A DNA stretch of 32,298 nucleotides from Thermoplasmatota archaeon (GCA_041599855.1 JBFILE010000003.1:1-32298), one strand, 5' to 3'. Shown: positions 18,356 through 27,758, counted from the stretch's first letter. Numbers and translations: made by a program. The notes: generated by a model not told the origin, from the letters alone.

Positions 18356-20158
18356 TCAGACCTTCGTGGTAGCGGCTCCTCCGGTCATCTTCCCGATGCT
18401 CGGCGCGTTCAGCGACAGCTTCGGTCCTTGCGACTGCAAGAGCGGCGTGCCCTTCGGCTCCGTCCCGCTCACCCCGCCCATCGGACCCTGGCTCAGTGAC
18501 GCCAGCACCTCCGGCGTGAACGCATCCCCCAGCCCCGGGAAGTTCATCGCGTCGCCCAGCGCGTTCAACTCGTCGCGCCACGGGAACTTCGGGAACATCT
18601 GCGCCAACTGGAGTGCCTGCGTCTTGAGCTGGTACGCCTCCATCACCTGCTTGGACCGCAGCCCCTCGCTCGCCCGCTCCATCGAGTACGGCTCGATCTC
18701 GAACTCCATGTCGTCCAGCGTCATGTCGTCCTCCGGGCCACCCCTGAACACCGGCTCGGGTGTACCCGTCGCCACTTCCTCGTCCTCGCCCAGCGCAATC
18801 ACCACGCTCTCCGAGTACCAGAGCCAGTGAGCGACCCCGTACAGCATGTCCACCACGCAATCCGTGAACCGCTGCTTCAGGTGCGCGATCCGCGTAGCCG
18901 CGCTCTCGTTCGCGATCGCGTGCTCGGTGGCCGTGCCCTTGCCCGACGCCGAACCCCTCTGCGCGTCGTCCACGCCCAGAACCTTGTCCAGCCGGTGCCG
19001 GGCCATCTCGATGTAGAACGCCTGCTGCTCGGTGCTGCCGCCCACCTCGATCGGCGCAATCTGCCCCTTACCGTCCTCGAACGGGACCACCACCGCCTCG
19101 TCGTGGTAAGCGTCTACCACCCGCGCCGCCGTGTTCGCGTCCGGCACGCCGATGAACCGCTTGTGCCGCCGCATACTCTCCGACTGCGCCATCGCCTGCG
19201 CGTTCAGGTCCTCGATGTTCGCAGCCGTCGCGATCAGCGGGCTCAGGCCCCACGCCGAGTCCGGCACGTAGTACGCCGAGAACAGCGTGTACGGCCCCGT
19301 CTTCGGCCCGAAGTAGCTGTGCGGCTCGCGGATGAACCGCGCCTTGATCTTGTCCCCACCCTCACCGTGCAGCCCGAAGTAGAACATCGAGCCGTTGAAC
19401 CCGTCCTGCTCCGACTCCCCGTCCACGTTGAGCCCCGGCACCCACATCGCCACGTACTGCACGAGGCCGCGCTCGGGGGAACCGCGCTGCGTCTCCTTCA
19501 CCCGCCCCGATGCCTGGTCCCACTCCAGGTCCTCGGTCAGCGACTCGATCGCGGTGATGTCCCAGCCCTCGTCCGGATGCCGCTTCGCGTGCTCGATCAG
19601 GTCGTCCTTCTGACGCTCCACCTCGTGACCGCGGAACCGCAAGTCCTGCTCGCGCGTCGCCTTCGGGTCCTGGAAGTAGCGATGCGGGGAGATCCTGTCC
19701 GCCACCGGCCACGTCCGCCGGCTCTCGCTCGCCCCCTCGTCACCCTCCTCGCGCCCACGGTCGTAGAACGGCCTCTCCCTGACGTACCCGACCCCGTAGC
19801 CCGTGCAGAACTCAGTCGCGAGCTCGGACAACAGAGCCCGGAACTTGGCGTCCCGCACCCAGCGGTTGAGACCGTGCTCCATCGCCTCCGCCGCCTCCGC
19901 GCGCTGCCCGGCACGCCTGGACTTCACCTGCACGCGCGGGTTGTCGAACACCAGCCGCGGAACCAGGAGCGAGATGTACTCGAAGTACGCCCCCTCCAGC
20001 GCCGGACCCTCGTCCGCGTCGCCAAACCCCGACTTCGCCCGCCAGTAGGGGCCGTGGTACTTTGAAACCACGGTCTCCATCGACGTGCGGTGCTGCTCCG
20101 CGTCTTCGCGGGCAACCCGCCACTCTCTGAGGAGGTCGTCTACTTCTTGTGAGAGCAA
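18356..20158 (-). CDS. Portal protein
   Basis: 600 aa between TerL and scaffold; FDNPRVQV, RISPHRYFQDP, WGLSP and GTATE motifs are typical of P22/podovirus-type portals. Exact start is uncertain. Confidence 0.85.
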   Translation of the reverse strand: MLSQEVDDLLREWRVAREDAEQHRTSMETVVSKYHGPYWRAKSGFGDADEGPALEGAYFEYISLLVPRLVFDNPRVQVKSRRAGQRAEAAEAMEHGLNRWVRDAKFRALLSELATEFCTGYGVGYVRERPFYDRGREEGDEGASESRRTWPVADRISPHRYFQDPKATREQDLRFRGHEVERQKDDLIEHAKRHPDEGWDITAIESLTEDLEWDQASGRVKETQRGSPERGLVQYVAMWVPGLNVDGESEQDGFNGSMFYFGLHGEGGDKIKARFIREPHSYFGPKTGPYTLFSAYYVPDSAWGLSPLIATAANIEDLNAQAMAQSESMRRHKRFIGVPDANTAARVVDAYHDEAVVVPFEDGKGQIAPIEVGGSTEQQAFYIEMARHRLDKVLGVDDAQRGSASGKGTATEHAIANESAATRIAHLKQRFTDCVVDMLYGVAHWLWYSESVVIALGEDEEVATGTPEPVFRGGPEDDMTLDDMEFEIEPYSMERASEGLRSKQVMEAYQLKTQALQLAQMFPKFPWRDELNALGDAMNFPGLGDAFTPEVLASLSQGPMGGVSGTEPKGTPLLQSQGPKLSLNAPSIGKMTGGAATTKV

Positions 20159-20180
20159 AGCATCAGGGGTCCTCCCAAGG

Positions 20181-21395
20181 TCACAGCACCACCAGCCAGG
20201 CGTCGATGGTGGAGCCGTTCGCTGTCGCGTTCAGGCGCATCTCAGGGTACACGTACTGCCCCGTGAGCGTCTGCGTGTTCGTCGCCGTGCCCACAGTGAT
20301 CCACGGCGCCAGAGGGTGCGCACGGCCCTGCAAGAGCACCGTGGCCGTGGTGCCCGCCACCGACTGAACCCGGGCCGTACGCCCCGAGATGCCACCGCAC
20401 GGAGCCACGGCGCTCGCGCCAGTCGCACCACCCTCGAGCACAAGATGCTGGCGCGTAGTGCCCAGCAGTGGGGTCGGCGGGTAGACGACCGCTGCTGCCG
20501 AGTACGCCCCGATGTCCCAAGCGCCAGCCCGCCCATGCGCGTTGCCCGCGATGTCGTTGAAGCCGGGCACCACAGCCACACCGGCCCCAATGAACTGGCT
20601 GCCAGACGCCAGCGCGAAGTCGCCATTGGCAGGGTCCGAGAGGGCCGACTCCGCCACGATGTTGATGAGGTTCCCTGCGCCTCCGTTGTCGTCTGCGGTG
20701 GCGTCTCCCGACGCGCAGTACTCCACGGTCGGCGCGGTGCCCATCAGGAAGTCTTGAGTGCCCGCACCGAACATGGCCGTGTTGCGCACGGTCCACGTAC
20801 CACCGAACCGCCCGTCCAGCGCCACGCCAAAGTTGGCGAGCGTGGCGTAGCCCGTACAGTTCTCGATCAACACCGGACCCGTCCCGGATACGTGGTCGAT
20901 CAGGTTCGATCCAGGCCCCACCGACACACCCTCGCGCGCATCAAGGACGCAAGAGCGGATCGTGGCACTGAAACCGGCGTTGTTCCGTGTCCGCAATAGC
21001 TTGAAGGACCCTGACACCGATGTGCCGGCGTACTCGATAAGGCATCGCGACACTACGCCGCCATCGCGAACGGTACAGACAATCCCTCCGGACTCGGACC
21101 CTGTGTAGCGCAGACGGAGCCCTGTGGCGCGCGAGTACGCCTGGCTCACGTCCAGTCCGCCACTCGCGAACGTGAGGCCCGCGCCGACCGCACCGGACCG
21201 GACTTCACGGTAGCGCGTCGCGTCGCTCGTACCTATCGCGTTGATCGTGCTGTGCGGGGCCGCCTCCAGGACCATCATCAGCCCGACACGGATCTCGTCC
21301 AGCGCAACCAAGTCCAGGCGCGTAGCAGTCTCCCAGAGATTGAACGTCGCGTAGTCCTGACCCGGCCCGATGGTCTCGATGACGGTTGTCGGCAC
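20181..21395 (-). CDS. Right-handed beta-helix protein with choice-of-anchor-Q-like motif and C-terminal duplicated domain
   Basis: N-terminal TIGPGQDYAT; beta-helix rungs (SRCLI, RSCVL, ENCT, RNTA); DPANGDFALASGS...DIAG...WDIGAY; last ~90 aa paralogous to 21817-22119. Confidence 0.7.
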   Translation of the reverse strand: MPTTVIETIGPGQDYATFNLWETATRLDLVALDEIRVGLMMVLEAAPHSTINAIGTSDATRYREVRSGAVGAGLTFASGGLDVSQAYSRATGLRLRYTGSESGGIVCTVRDGGVVSRCLIEYAGTSVSGSFKLLRTRNNAGFSATIRSCVLDAREGVSVGPGSNLIDHVSGTGPVLIENCTGYATLANFGVALDGRFGGTWTVRNTAMFGAGTQDFLMGTAPTVEYCASGDATADDNGGAGNLINIVAESALSDPANGDFALASGSQFIGAGVAVVPGFNDIAGNAHGRAGAWDIGAYSAAAVVYPPTPLLGTTRQHLVLEGGATGASAVAPCGGISGRTARVQSVAGTTATVLLQGRAHPLAPWITVGTATNTQTLTGQYVYPEMRLNATANGSTIDAWLVVL

Positions 21396-21835
21396 TACTG
21401 CACCACCCAGAAGAGAGACGTGGAAACCAGGAACTCGCCGGTCTCAGCCTGACCGACGACCGCCGCGTGCACCGGGACGCCGATCCACGGCGCGAGAAGC
21501 TCGGCGCGGTACTCGGGCTTGAAGCGGTAGCACGTCTGCGTGCCCGGCGCCTGCGCGAACACGTCGCTCACCCGGAACACGAACCGCGCGTCCAGGCAGG
21601 CGTGCCAGTGGTGGTAGATCGTCCCCGAGTAGAACGGCGACGCGAACCAGGCCGCCAACACCCAGTCATCCGTGAGCGACTGGTGGTGCCAGACCCAGGT
21701 GTCCGTCGCCGGATCCTCGCTCCAGGTCGCGTAGCTCGAGATCGGCTCGCACCACGATATCGACCACGGCCCCGAGTAGGGCACCGCCCCCCCGCACTGC
21801 GCCAGCAGCGCCAGACCTACAGCGCAAACAACCAC
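21395..21835 (-). CDS. Putative exported protein (Trp-rich)
   Basis: Start reassigned to GTG 21835 (GGGGTG SD), 146 aa; hydrophobic N-terminus VVCAVGLALLAQC. Confidence 0.55.
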   Translation of the reverse strand: MVVCAVGLALLAQCGGAVPYSGPWSISWCEPISSYATWSEDPATDTWVWHHQSLTDDWVLAAWFASPFYSGTIYHHWHACLDARFVFRVSDVFAQAPGTQTCYRFKPEYRAELLAPWIGVPVHAAVVGQAETGEFLVSTSLFWVVQ

Positions 21836-22119
21836 GCAGTCACCCCGGAGCCGTTCGCGGTCACGTTGATCCGCATCTGGGGGAACACCGGCAGCGCCGT
21901 TTCCGCCCCATCCGCTGTGAGCCCCGTGCCGAGGTTCACCCACGGCGCATCGTCCGAAGAGCGACCCTGCGCCCGCACTGTCCCAGTGCTCGTCAGGTCC
22001 GCCTGGAGCGCCGCCTGCCTATCAGGAAGGCCGCCCGGGTACATGATCGCGCTCTGTCCGGTATCGGTCCCCGTGAACGTCACGCTCACCCGGCTCGTTG
22101 CCATCAGAGACTCAACCAT
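21817..22119 (-). CDS. Small beta-sandwich virion protein (putative capsid spike/anchor)
   Basis: 100 aa; QGRxxxxAPW...PxMRxNxTANGS...AWL motif is shared with the C-terminus of 20181-21395. Confidence 0.65.
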   Translation of the reverse strand: MVESLMATSRVSVTFTGTDTGQSAIMYPGGLPDRQAALQADLTSTGTVRAQGRSSDDAPWVNLGTGLTADGAETALPVFPQMRINVTANGSGVTAWLFAL

Positions 22120-22258
22120 TGCGCCCTCGCTTCACCGGCTTCTTCTTTCCCAGCCGGTTGCGCAGCCGCTGCGCGTTACCGGCACCGAGGCGATTCCCCG
22201 CCGCGCGCACGCGAGCGAGGGTCCTGGCGCTGCCACCCGCCTTTTTCTTCTTGTGCAT
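22112..22258 (-). CDS. 48-aa highly basic peptide (not in ORF track)
   Basis: MHKKKKAGGSARTLARVRAAGNRLGAGNAQRLRNRLGKKKPVKRGRNG; fills the gap after TerL and has an AGGGTGA SD-like element. Confidence 0.6.
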   Translation of the reverse strand: MHKKKKAGGSARTLARVRAAGNRLGAGNAQRLRNRLGKKKPVKRGRNG

Positions 22259-22262
22259 CAGA

Positions 22263-23717
22263 TCACCCTGTAAAGCGTTTCTCTTCGTCGTGGAAGTCTA
22301 GCACGTCGCCCGCTGTGAACCGCTCGTACCGCTTCGGGGGAGGCACAGGGCTCATGTCGCGGTCGATGTTCAGGAACATCACGGCATACCGGGTCTGGTC
22401 GATGCCGTGGTCCGCGCACCTGGGGTCGGGCTTGTCCGGCACGTACTTGCCGTCCTCCCGCTTCAGCAGCACCCAGCTCGGAATCTCCTCCGTCGTCGTC
22501 GCCGGCATCTTCTTGCGGCGCCGCTCGGGGTCGATCCCGTACCGCATCCGGTCCTTCAGCCAGAAGATCCGGTGGTCCCGCAGCATCCAGCGCAGCATGT
22601 CGATTCCGGCCATGATCGCGTTCTTGCCCTTGCGCGCGATCGGCATCCCGTCCCGCCCCATCGCCGGCCCAAAACGCCGGTTGAGCGTCGTGATGTAGTC
22701 CCGCTCGCTCGGGTCCACCACCAGCGCTCCCAGCGGGAACTCGTCGTGCAACTCGAACACGACCTTCAGCCAGTCCTCCTGCACCCACCCCGTCTGGTAC
22801 ACCTCGACCACGGCGAACATCTTGCCCTGCCAGACACCCCAGATCGTCAGGCAGCCAGGGTGCCCAATCCCCACGTCCAGGGAGCCGAAGTACCACTCGT
22901 AGAACCGAGGCCCGTCCTCCTTCTCGGTATCCACCAGGGGCGGCAGCCGCAGCGAGCCCGGATCCAGGATGTGCGTCTGCGGCGAGAACTCGGGCAGGAT
23001 CGCACCAGACGCCAGGCTCCAGCGCCCCTCCAAGAGGTTCGCGCGCCGCTCGTCGCTCATCCCCTCCAGTGTCTCGCGCACGTACTCCTGGCCGGCCGGC
23101 GTCCACGTCCCGGCCTCCGCATCCCAGAAGAGCGGGTTGTCCTGGTGTGTCGTGCAGATGCGGAACAGGCCGTGCTCGGGGTGCTCGTTCTCCCGCTCCA
23201 GCGCCATCTGGTTGATCCAGTGGTACTCGTCCGCCGGGTTGGTGTCCAAGAGCACCTGGCGCCGCCCGCCCTTCGGGTGCCGCAGACACCGTAAGAGCCG
23301 CTCGAAGGCGTCCAGGCTCACCTCCCACGCCTCGAAGACACGGATGCGCGTGTACTGCTGCGAGTACGTACGCCCGGGCTTGTCCAGCCCGCGAACTAGG
23401 ATCACCGAGCCGTTCGGGTGGCGGTACTCCGAGCGCCTCCGTCTGTGTTCCGCCGAGCTCGTGAGCATCGGGTGGCCCGGCGGGATCACCTCCTCCTCGA
23501 GCTGCCACAGCACGGACTCAGTGAGCGACTCCCGCGTCTGCCGCACGTACAGGAAGCGCGCCCCAGGGTTGCGCTCCAGGTACTCGAAGTCGTGTTCGAT
23601 GACGTTGCGCGTCTTCCCCGTCCCCGCCGGCCCCTCGATCAGCACGAGGCGCTCGTCCAGCCCCCAGAGCTTGCGCTGGTTGCCGACCGGCGTGTAGTCG
23701 TGGAAGACGACCGTCAT
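22263..23717 (-). CDS. terL: Terminase large subunit
   Basis: Walker A GPAGTGKT, Walker B-like IRVFEA, coupling motif DTNP, LLEGRW, and nuclease motifs SLDVG, VVDPS and DHGIDQTRY. Confidence 0.95.
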   Translation of the reverse strand: MTVVFHDYTPVGNQRKLWGLDERLVLIEGPAGTGKTRNVIEHDFEYLERNPGARFLYVRQTRESLTESVLWQLEEEVIPPGHPMLTSSAEHRRRRSEYRHPNGSVILVRGLDKPGRTYSQQYTRIRVFEAWEVSLDAFERLLRCLRHPKGGRRQVLLDTNPADEYHWINQMALERENEHPEHGLFRICTTHQDNPLFWDAEAGTWTPAGQEYVRETLEGMSDERRANLLEGRWSLASGAILPEFSPQTHILDPGSLRLPPLVDTEKEDGPRFYEWYFGSLDVGIGHPGCLTIWGVWQGKMFAVVEVYQTGWVQEDWLKVVFELHDEFPLGALVVDPSERDYITTLNRRFGPAMGRDGMPIARKGKNAIMAGIDMLRWMLRDHRIFWLKDRMRYGIDPERRRKKMPATTTEEIPSWVLLKREDGKYVPDKPDPRCADHGIDQTRYAVMFLNIDRDMSPVPPPKRYERFTAGDVLDFHDEEKRFTG

Positions 23718-23905
23718 GCGTCTCCGTGCTCCACCTGCGCCGCCTCCATCAGCACGGCGATCGCGTCCCGCGCCTGCTCCATCGCCGTGGTGTAGTGGTA
23801 GACCCGCGTCCCGCCCTCGTCCTGGATCAGGTTGCGCACCGCCCGTGTGGCCCGCCGCAGCTTGGCCCGGGCGTCGATCAGGTGGTCCTTGGCCGTCTGC
23901 GTCAC
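23714..23905 (-). CDS. Small helical hypothetical protein
   Basis: 63 aa; GTGA and ATGA overlaps with both neighbours. Confidence 0.55.
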   Translation of the reverse strand: MTQTAKDHLIDARAKLRRATRAVRNLIQDEGGTRVYHYTTAMEQARDAIAVLMEAAQVEHGDA

Positions 23906-24102
23906 AGCCCCACCCCCGCCTCGGTCACCATCTCCGGCTCAGGAGGCAACTCCGACACCGGCTGCGGCTCCCGCACCTCCACGCCGGCCTGGCACTGCTC
24001 GCAGAACCGAAACACCTTCCCAGCCACCAGCAGCACCTTCGGGCAAGCGTCCTGGCTCACCCCGTGGCACGCCACGCACGTCCAGTTGCGTTCATCCATC
24101 AC
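23902..24102 (-). CDS. Small CxxC-CxxC zinc-finger protein
   Basis: CVAC...CEQC; overlaps both neighbours. Confidence 0.5.
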   Translation of the reverse strand: MMDERNWTCVACHGVSQDACPKVLLVAGKVFRFCEQCQAGVEVREPQPVSELPPEPEMVTEAGVGL

Positions 24103-24439
24103 GACTCGCCTTTAGCATCTTCTCGCGGGCCGCCCGGATGTCTTCGGGTGTGCTCAGTGGGTCGCGCCGGATGTCCTCCATATAGGCGTGGAACATCTCC
24201 AGCACCGCCGCCGCACCGCGCTCATCGTTTGCCGCCACGCACAAGTCCTCGGCCATCGCCACAATCTGCGCGGCGATGAGCGCCGCCAGACTGCCAACGT
24301 CGCGCACATTGATGTACCCTTCGGCGTCGGCTATCACCGCCTCTGTGGCGCCGACCAGAACGGTACGCGCCTGGTCGTTTGCGAAGCCCCAGTAACCCGT
24401 CTGGGTTACTTCAGCATATCCAGCTACATCGCGCATCAC
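24092..24439 (-). CDS. Hypothetical helical protein
   Basis: 115 aa; GGGAGG SD and start coupled to the upstream stop. Confidence 0.6.
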   Translation of the reverse strand: MMRDVAGYAEVTQTGYWGFANDQARTVLVGATEAVIADAEGYINVRDVGSLAALIAAQIVAMAEDLCVAANDERGAAAVLEMFHAYMEDIRRDPLSTPEDIRAAREKMLKASRDG

Positions 24440-24876
24440 AGTCCTCCCACCGGCTCCACCTTCACCACCGTCTGGACCACCGCGTTCCCGAAGCCGGGAG
24501 AGAGCGCGTCGTTCGCCCAGATGTGCTCGACTAGGTACACCCCCGGCCGAGCGAACGTCGTGGGACCGTTCAGGCTCAGGTCCCGCATGTTGTAGCCGAT
24601 GTCGTCGTCGTCCCAGTAGCCGTCCGTCTGGAGCGCATCGAAGAACACCGGAGCCGTGTCGTCGTTCGTGTTGTCGCGGTCGAAGCTCTCGTTCTTGATG
24701 GACTTCTTCGGGTCCGGCCCACTCCTCCAGTACACCAGCCGGCGGATCTCCTGCGTCGCCGTCCCGCTGATGTTCGCCCGCGTCAGATACGCTCCACTCG
24801 GATACCGGATCTGGGCCACGATCACGGGCTGTTGCCCCTCCAGGATCGTCACCTCGCTGCGGATCGTCATGCTCAT
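24436..24876 (-). CDS. Ig-like beta-sandwich virion accessory protein (putative)
   Basis: 146 aa, ATGA-coupled to the 961-aa gene; ends TFARPGVYLVEH...VVKV, like Ig/BppU-type adaptor domains. Confidence 0.5.
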   Translation of the reverse strand: MSMTIRSEVTILEGQQPVIVAQIRYPSGAYLTRANISGTATQEIRRLVYWRSGPDPKKSIKNESFDRDNTNDDTAPVFFDALQTDGYWDDDDIGYNMRDLSLNGPTTFARPGVYLVEHIWANDALSPGFGNAVVQTVVKVEPVGGL

Positions 24877-27758
24877 GGCGCCTTGGCCCCCGACACTACC
24901 AGAACGCCCGGCGTCGCTCGCGCGCGCCCCGTGATCGAAGGCCGCGCCGATGCCCGGCTACCAGGCAGCCCAGCCTCACCAGGCACACCACCAACCGTTG
25001 CCGTCAGCGCGAACGTGTACCGCCCCATGTCCGTAGTCAGCCGCGCCCCAGTCACCACCGTGGGCGTCGCCGCCAGCCCGAACTCGGCCAGCGCCAGGCT
25101 CGCCGTGGGGTTGACCGTACCACCGCCCGGGTCCGTGCTCGGCACCATGAACAGCTCGTACCGCAGCGTGAAGAACGGAGCCCGCGCCGGCACCGTCAGC
25201 TCGGCCGCCAGCGTCATCCCCCACGTACCAAGGGCCATAGACACGCCACCGGCGGGGAGGTTTTGGATCTCGGCCGTAACCCAGCCAGTCTCGTCCATCT
25301 GGCCCGTGCCGCCCATCATGTTCGTGACGAACGTCTCGTAGTCCTGATTGCCCGGACCCGCCCCAGAGTCGTACAGACCGCGCGTTTGTAGCGCCTTGTC
25401 CAGAGGCTCGAGGCTCCCCGTGATGAGGTAGGCCAGCACCGCCGTCGTTGGCGTAGTGTCCGCGTCGTCCAGCCAGCCAGGAAGAGGCCAGCGAATCCCC
25501 GTGGTTATCGGTGTGGATGTACCCGTCAGCCATGCCTGGATGAAGTTGCCCGGCACGTCCGAAGCCGCCGTCGGGTGCATCGTTTCATGGCGGAACCGAC
25601 ACAACTCCGAGATTCTGTTGACCACATCACTGTATAGCGACTGGTTGATTCCCTTCAGGGCGGACTCAGCGCACCCGTACAGCCCAAGGGCCTTGAAAAC
25701 CTGGTACTTGCTCTGGTTGACATCCACCGATGTCTCAGCGTTCGGCGTACAAGTAAGTGGCGGTGGCGGCGGCGGGCTCGGCGGGCTTTCCCAACACCCA
25801 TACCAGTCACGACCGTCAGGAAAAGCCCCTGTGTTAGTGCCGGTATCCGTGGCGCCAAAGATACCTTCATCCCAGGGATCTGCGAGACCCGAGATACCAC
25901 CCTGTGGAGTGGCGCGGATACCCATGCCTACCGACGATGCGTTCCGCAGAACAACCTTCACAGCCTCCTCGATGCGCACATACTCAACCAGGCGCCGCAC
26001 AGGGTCATGCTCGAACTGGTACATCCAAGACAGCAGATTGAGCCGCCACCCAACCGAGCGGTGGTACTGGAGCCAGCCCTGGCCGTCCCATCCGGCAGAC
26101 GTGAGCTGCTGGTTGGCGTCGGGGATATCTGTCAGGCCCAGCCACAGTGGAAACGAGAAGTTGATCCCAGCCACGCCGTAGGGGTTCACCGATAGGCGGT
26201 AGAAGTTCGCCATGAACTTCATCACCATCCGCGCACCTTGGTGGTTGATGCCGAACATCGGCAGCAGAAGCTCGTTCCACGCCCGCACGCTGTGGTTGCC
26301 GTCGTGGTATCCGCGTTCCCCTGTGTAGGTCTCGTGCGGAATCGTCCATCCGGGCGAGGGCTGGTTCCATGGCCTATCTGTCGGGATGAACTGCGACCGC
26401 TGCGTCCAGGGCACGACTGTGTTGCCGTCCACCTGGCTGTCCCACGGTGTTTTTCCCTGCACGGCGTGACCAGGCGCACCAGGCCATGAGTTGTTGTTGA
26501 TCGCGATCATGTCCTCCTGCGTGATCGGCTCGCCCGTGCGCACGTCGTACACCCAGACACGTGACCGGTCCAAAGTTGCCTGCGCGAGCTCAAGGTCGTA
26601 TAGCCAGCCCTCGCGGTGATGGTGCGCGCACCTACTCTGGTCAATCCCGTTGCCGCCAGTGCCGCCTCCACCCTGGTGGCGCGGGTGATACCAGCCAGCG
26701 GCAGGGTTGTCCATGTTGATGTGGTTATCCGTGCCGTTCGCGTAGTCGTTGCGCAAGCTGCCTCCGCTCGGCGACGTGTGAGAGCCCAGCGCCGACGCGA
26801 AACCAGCCCTGTGGGCGCTCAACGAAGCAGGAGCCACGATCTCTGGCACGCGGAACCGACCACACCCGAACCCGCGCGTCTTGTAGTAGCTGTTCTGACC
26901 AATGCACTGCCCGTGGCCGTACAACTCCAGCATGTCCACGGCCTTGCTCGCGTTGGCCGCAGGGCAGATTGCGTAGCGCCGGAACATGCCCTGTCCCAGC
27001 ACCATGATCTGGTGTTGAGTGCCGCCCAACGGCTTGACCAGTTCCGGCGGGCTCGCCCCCAGATTCTCGTGCTGCCGCGGGCTCGAGGACACCACCACCC
27101 AGCCCGGCGGGAGTCCGTTGAGCGTGATCGAGTCAAACAACATGCGCCCGTCGTTCGCGGCCTGAATCCCGTAGGGGTTGTCCAACCTGTCGGCGGAACC
27201 CGTCATGTGCATCAGGTCAATGGTGTAGATGCGCGCCGCCTGGTAACGGCCCAGCATTGCCTTCACCCCCCAGCACACCGTGGACCCATGCGGCGGCGCA
27301 CCCTCCCTGTATCGCGCCCAATACTCGACCTCGTGGTAGAACTCTCCCTGGAAGTGGCTGATTACGTTTGGACCGCCACCTGCATCGTTGAACAGGTACG
27401 CACGCATCGGCGTACCTATGTTGGCCACAGTCGTCTCCAGGTAGATGCCAGACAGGTCGTCGTTGAACACCGCGCCCTGAGCTCGCACTGCGCCGAACTC
27501 CTCCACCGAGTAGTACACGAACCCGTCGGGGTCCGCGGCTTGCGACCCATCCACGTCGCGTATCACCTCCAGAGCCGTCCACCGGCCCCGGGAGTCGAGC
27601 GTTACCCCGCGCACGTTCGCGTTATCTCCATCCACGAACAGCTTGGGGATGTTCGCGCCGTGTTCTTCTGGGTTGACCACAACCACCGCGCGCAACAGGA
27701 AGTCGTCCCCACCGAAGTTCGGCGGCTTCTCCACGCGGATGGTGTCGGAGATCGGCAT
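24873..27758 (-). CDS. 961-aa hypothetical protein, possibly a carbohydrate-active enzyme with C-terminal beta-repeat stalk
   Basis: Long ORF rich in W/H/Y/G with a helical second half and a C-terminal ~120 aa of Ala/Thr/Gly beta-like repeats. The CDS is clear; the function is speculative. Confidence 0.6.
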   Translation of the reverse strand: MPISDTIRVEKPPNFGGDDFLLRAVVVVNPEEHGANIPKLFVDGDNANVRGVTLDSRGRWTALEVIRDVDGSQAADPDGFVYYSVEEFGAVRAQGAVFNDDLSGIYLETTVANIGTPMRAYLFNDAGGGPNVISHFQGEFYHEVEYWARYREGAPPHGSTVCWGVKAMLGRYQAARIYTIDLMHMTGSADRLDNPYGIQAANDGRMLFDSITLNGLPPGWVVVSSSPRQHENLGASPPELVKPLGGTQHQIMVLGQGMFRRYAICPAANASKAVDMLELYGHGQCIGQNSYYKTRGFGCGRFRVPEIVAPASLSAHRAGFASALGSHTSPSGGSLRNDYANGTDNHINMDNPAAGWYHPRHQGGGGTGGNGIDQSRCAHHHREGWLYDLELAQATLDRSRVWVYDVRTGEPITQEDMIAINNNSWPGAPGHAVQGKTPWDSQVDGNTVVPWTQRSQFIPTDRPWNQPSPGWTIPHETYTGERGYHDGNHSVRAWNELLLPMFGINHQGARMVMKFMANFYRLSVNPYGVAGINFSFPLWLGLTDIPDANQQLTSAGWDGQGWLQYHRSVGWRLNLLSWMYQFEHDPVRRLVEYVRIEEAVKVVLRNASSVGMGIRATPQGGISGLADPWDEGIFGATDTGTNTGAFPDGRDWYGCWESPPSPPPPPPLTCTPNAETSVDVNQSKYQVFKALGLYGCAESALKGINQSLYSDVVNRISELCRFRHETMHPTAASDVPGNFIQAWLTGTSTPITTGIRWPLPGWLDDADTTPTTAVLAYLITGSLEPLDKALQTRGLYDSGAGPGNQDYETFVTNMMGGTGQMDETGWVTAEIQNLPAGGVSMALGTWGMTLAAELTVPARAPFFTLRYELFMVPSTDPGGGTVNPTASLALAEFGLAATPTVVTGARLTTDMGRYTFALTATVGGVPGEAGLPGSRASARPSITGRARATPGVLVVSGAKAP

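Noticed and set aside
22258-23508. 416-aa alternative-frame minus ORF inside terL, and similar nested ORFs elsewhere
   Set aside because: Low-complexity G/A/R/P composition is expected from stop-poor alternative frames in high-GC DNA.
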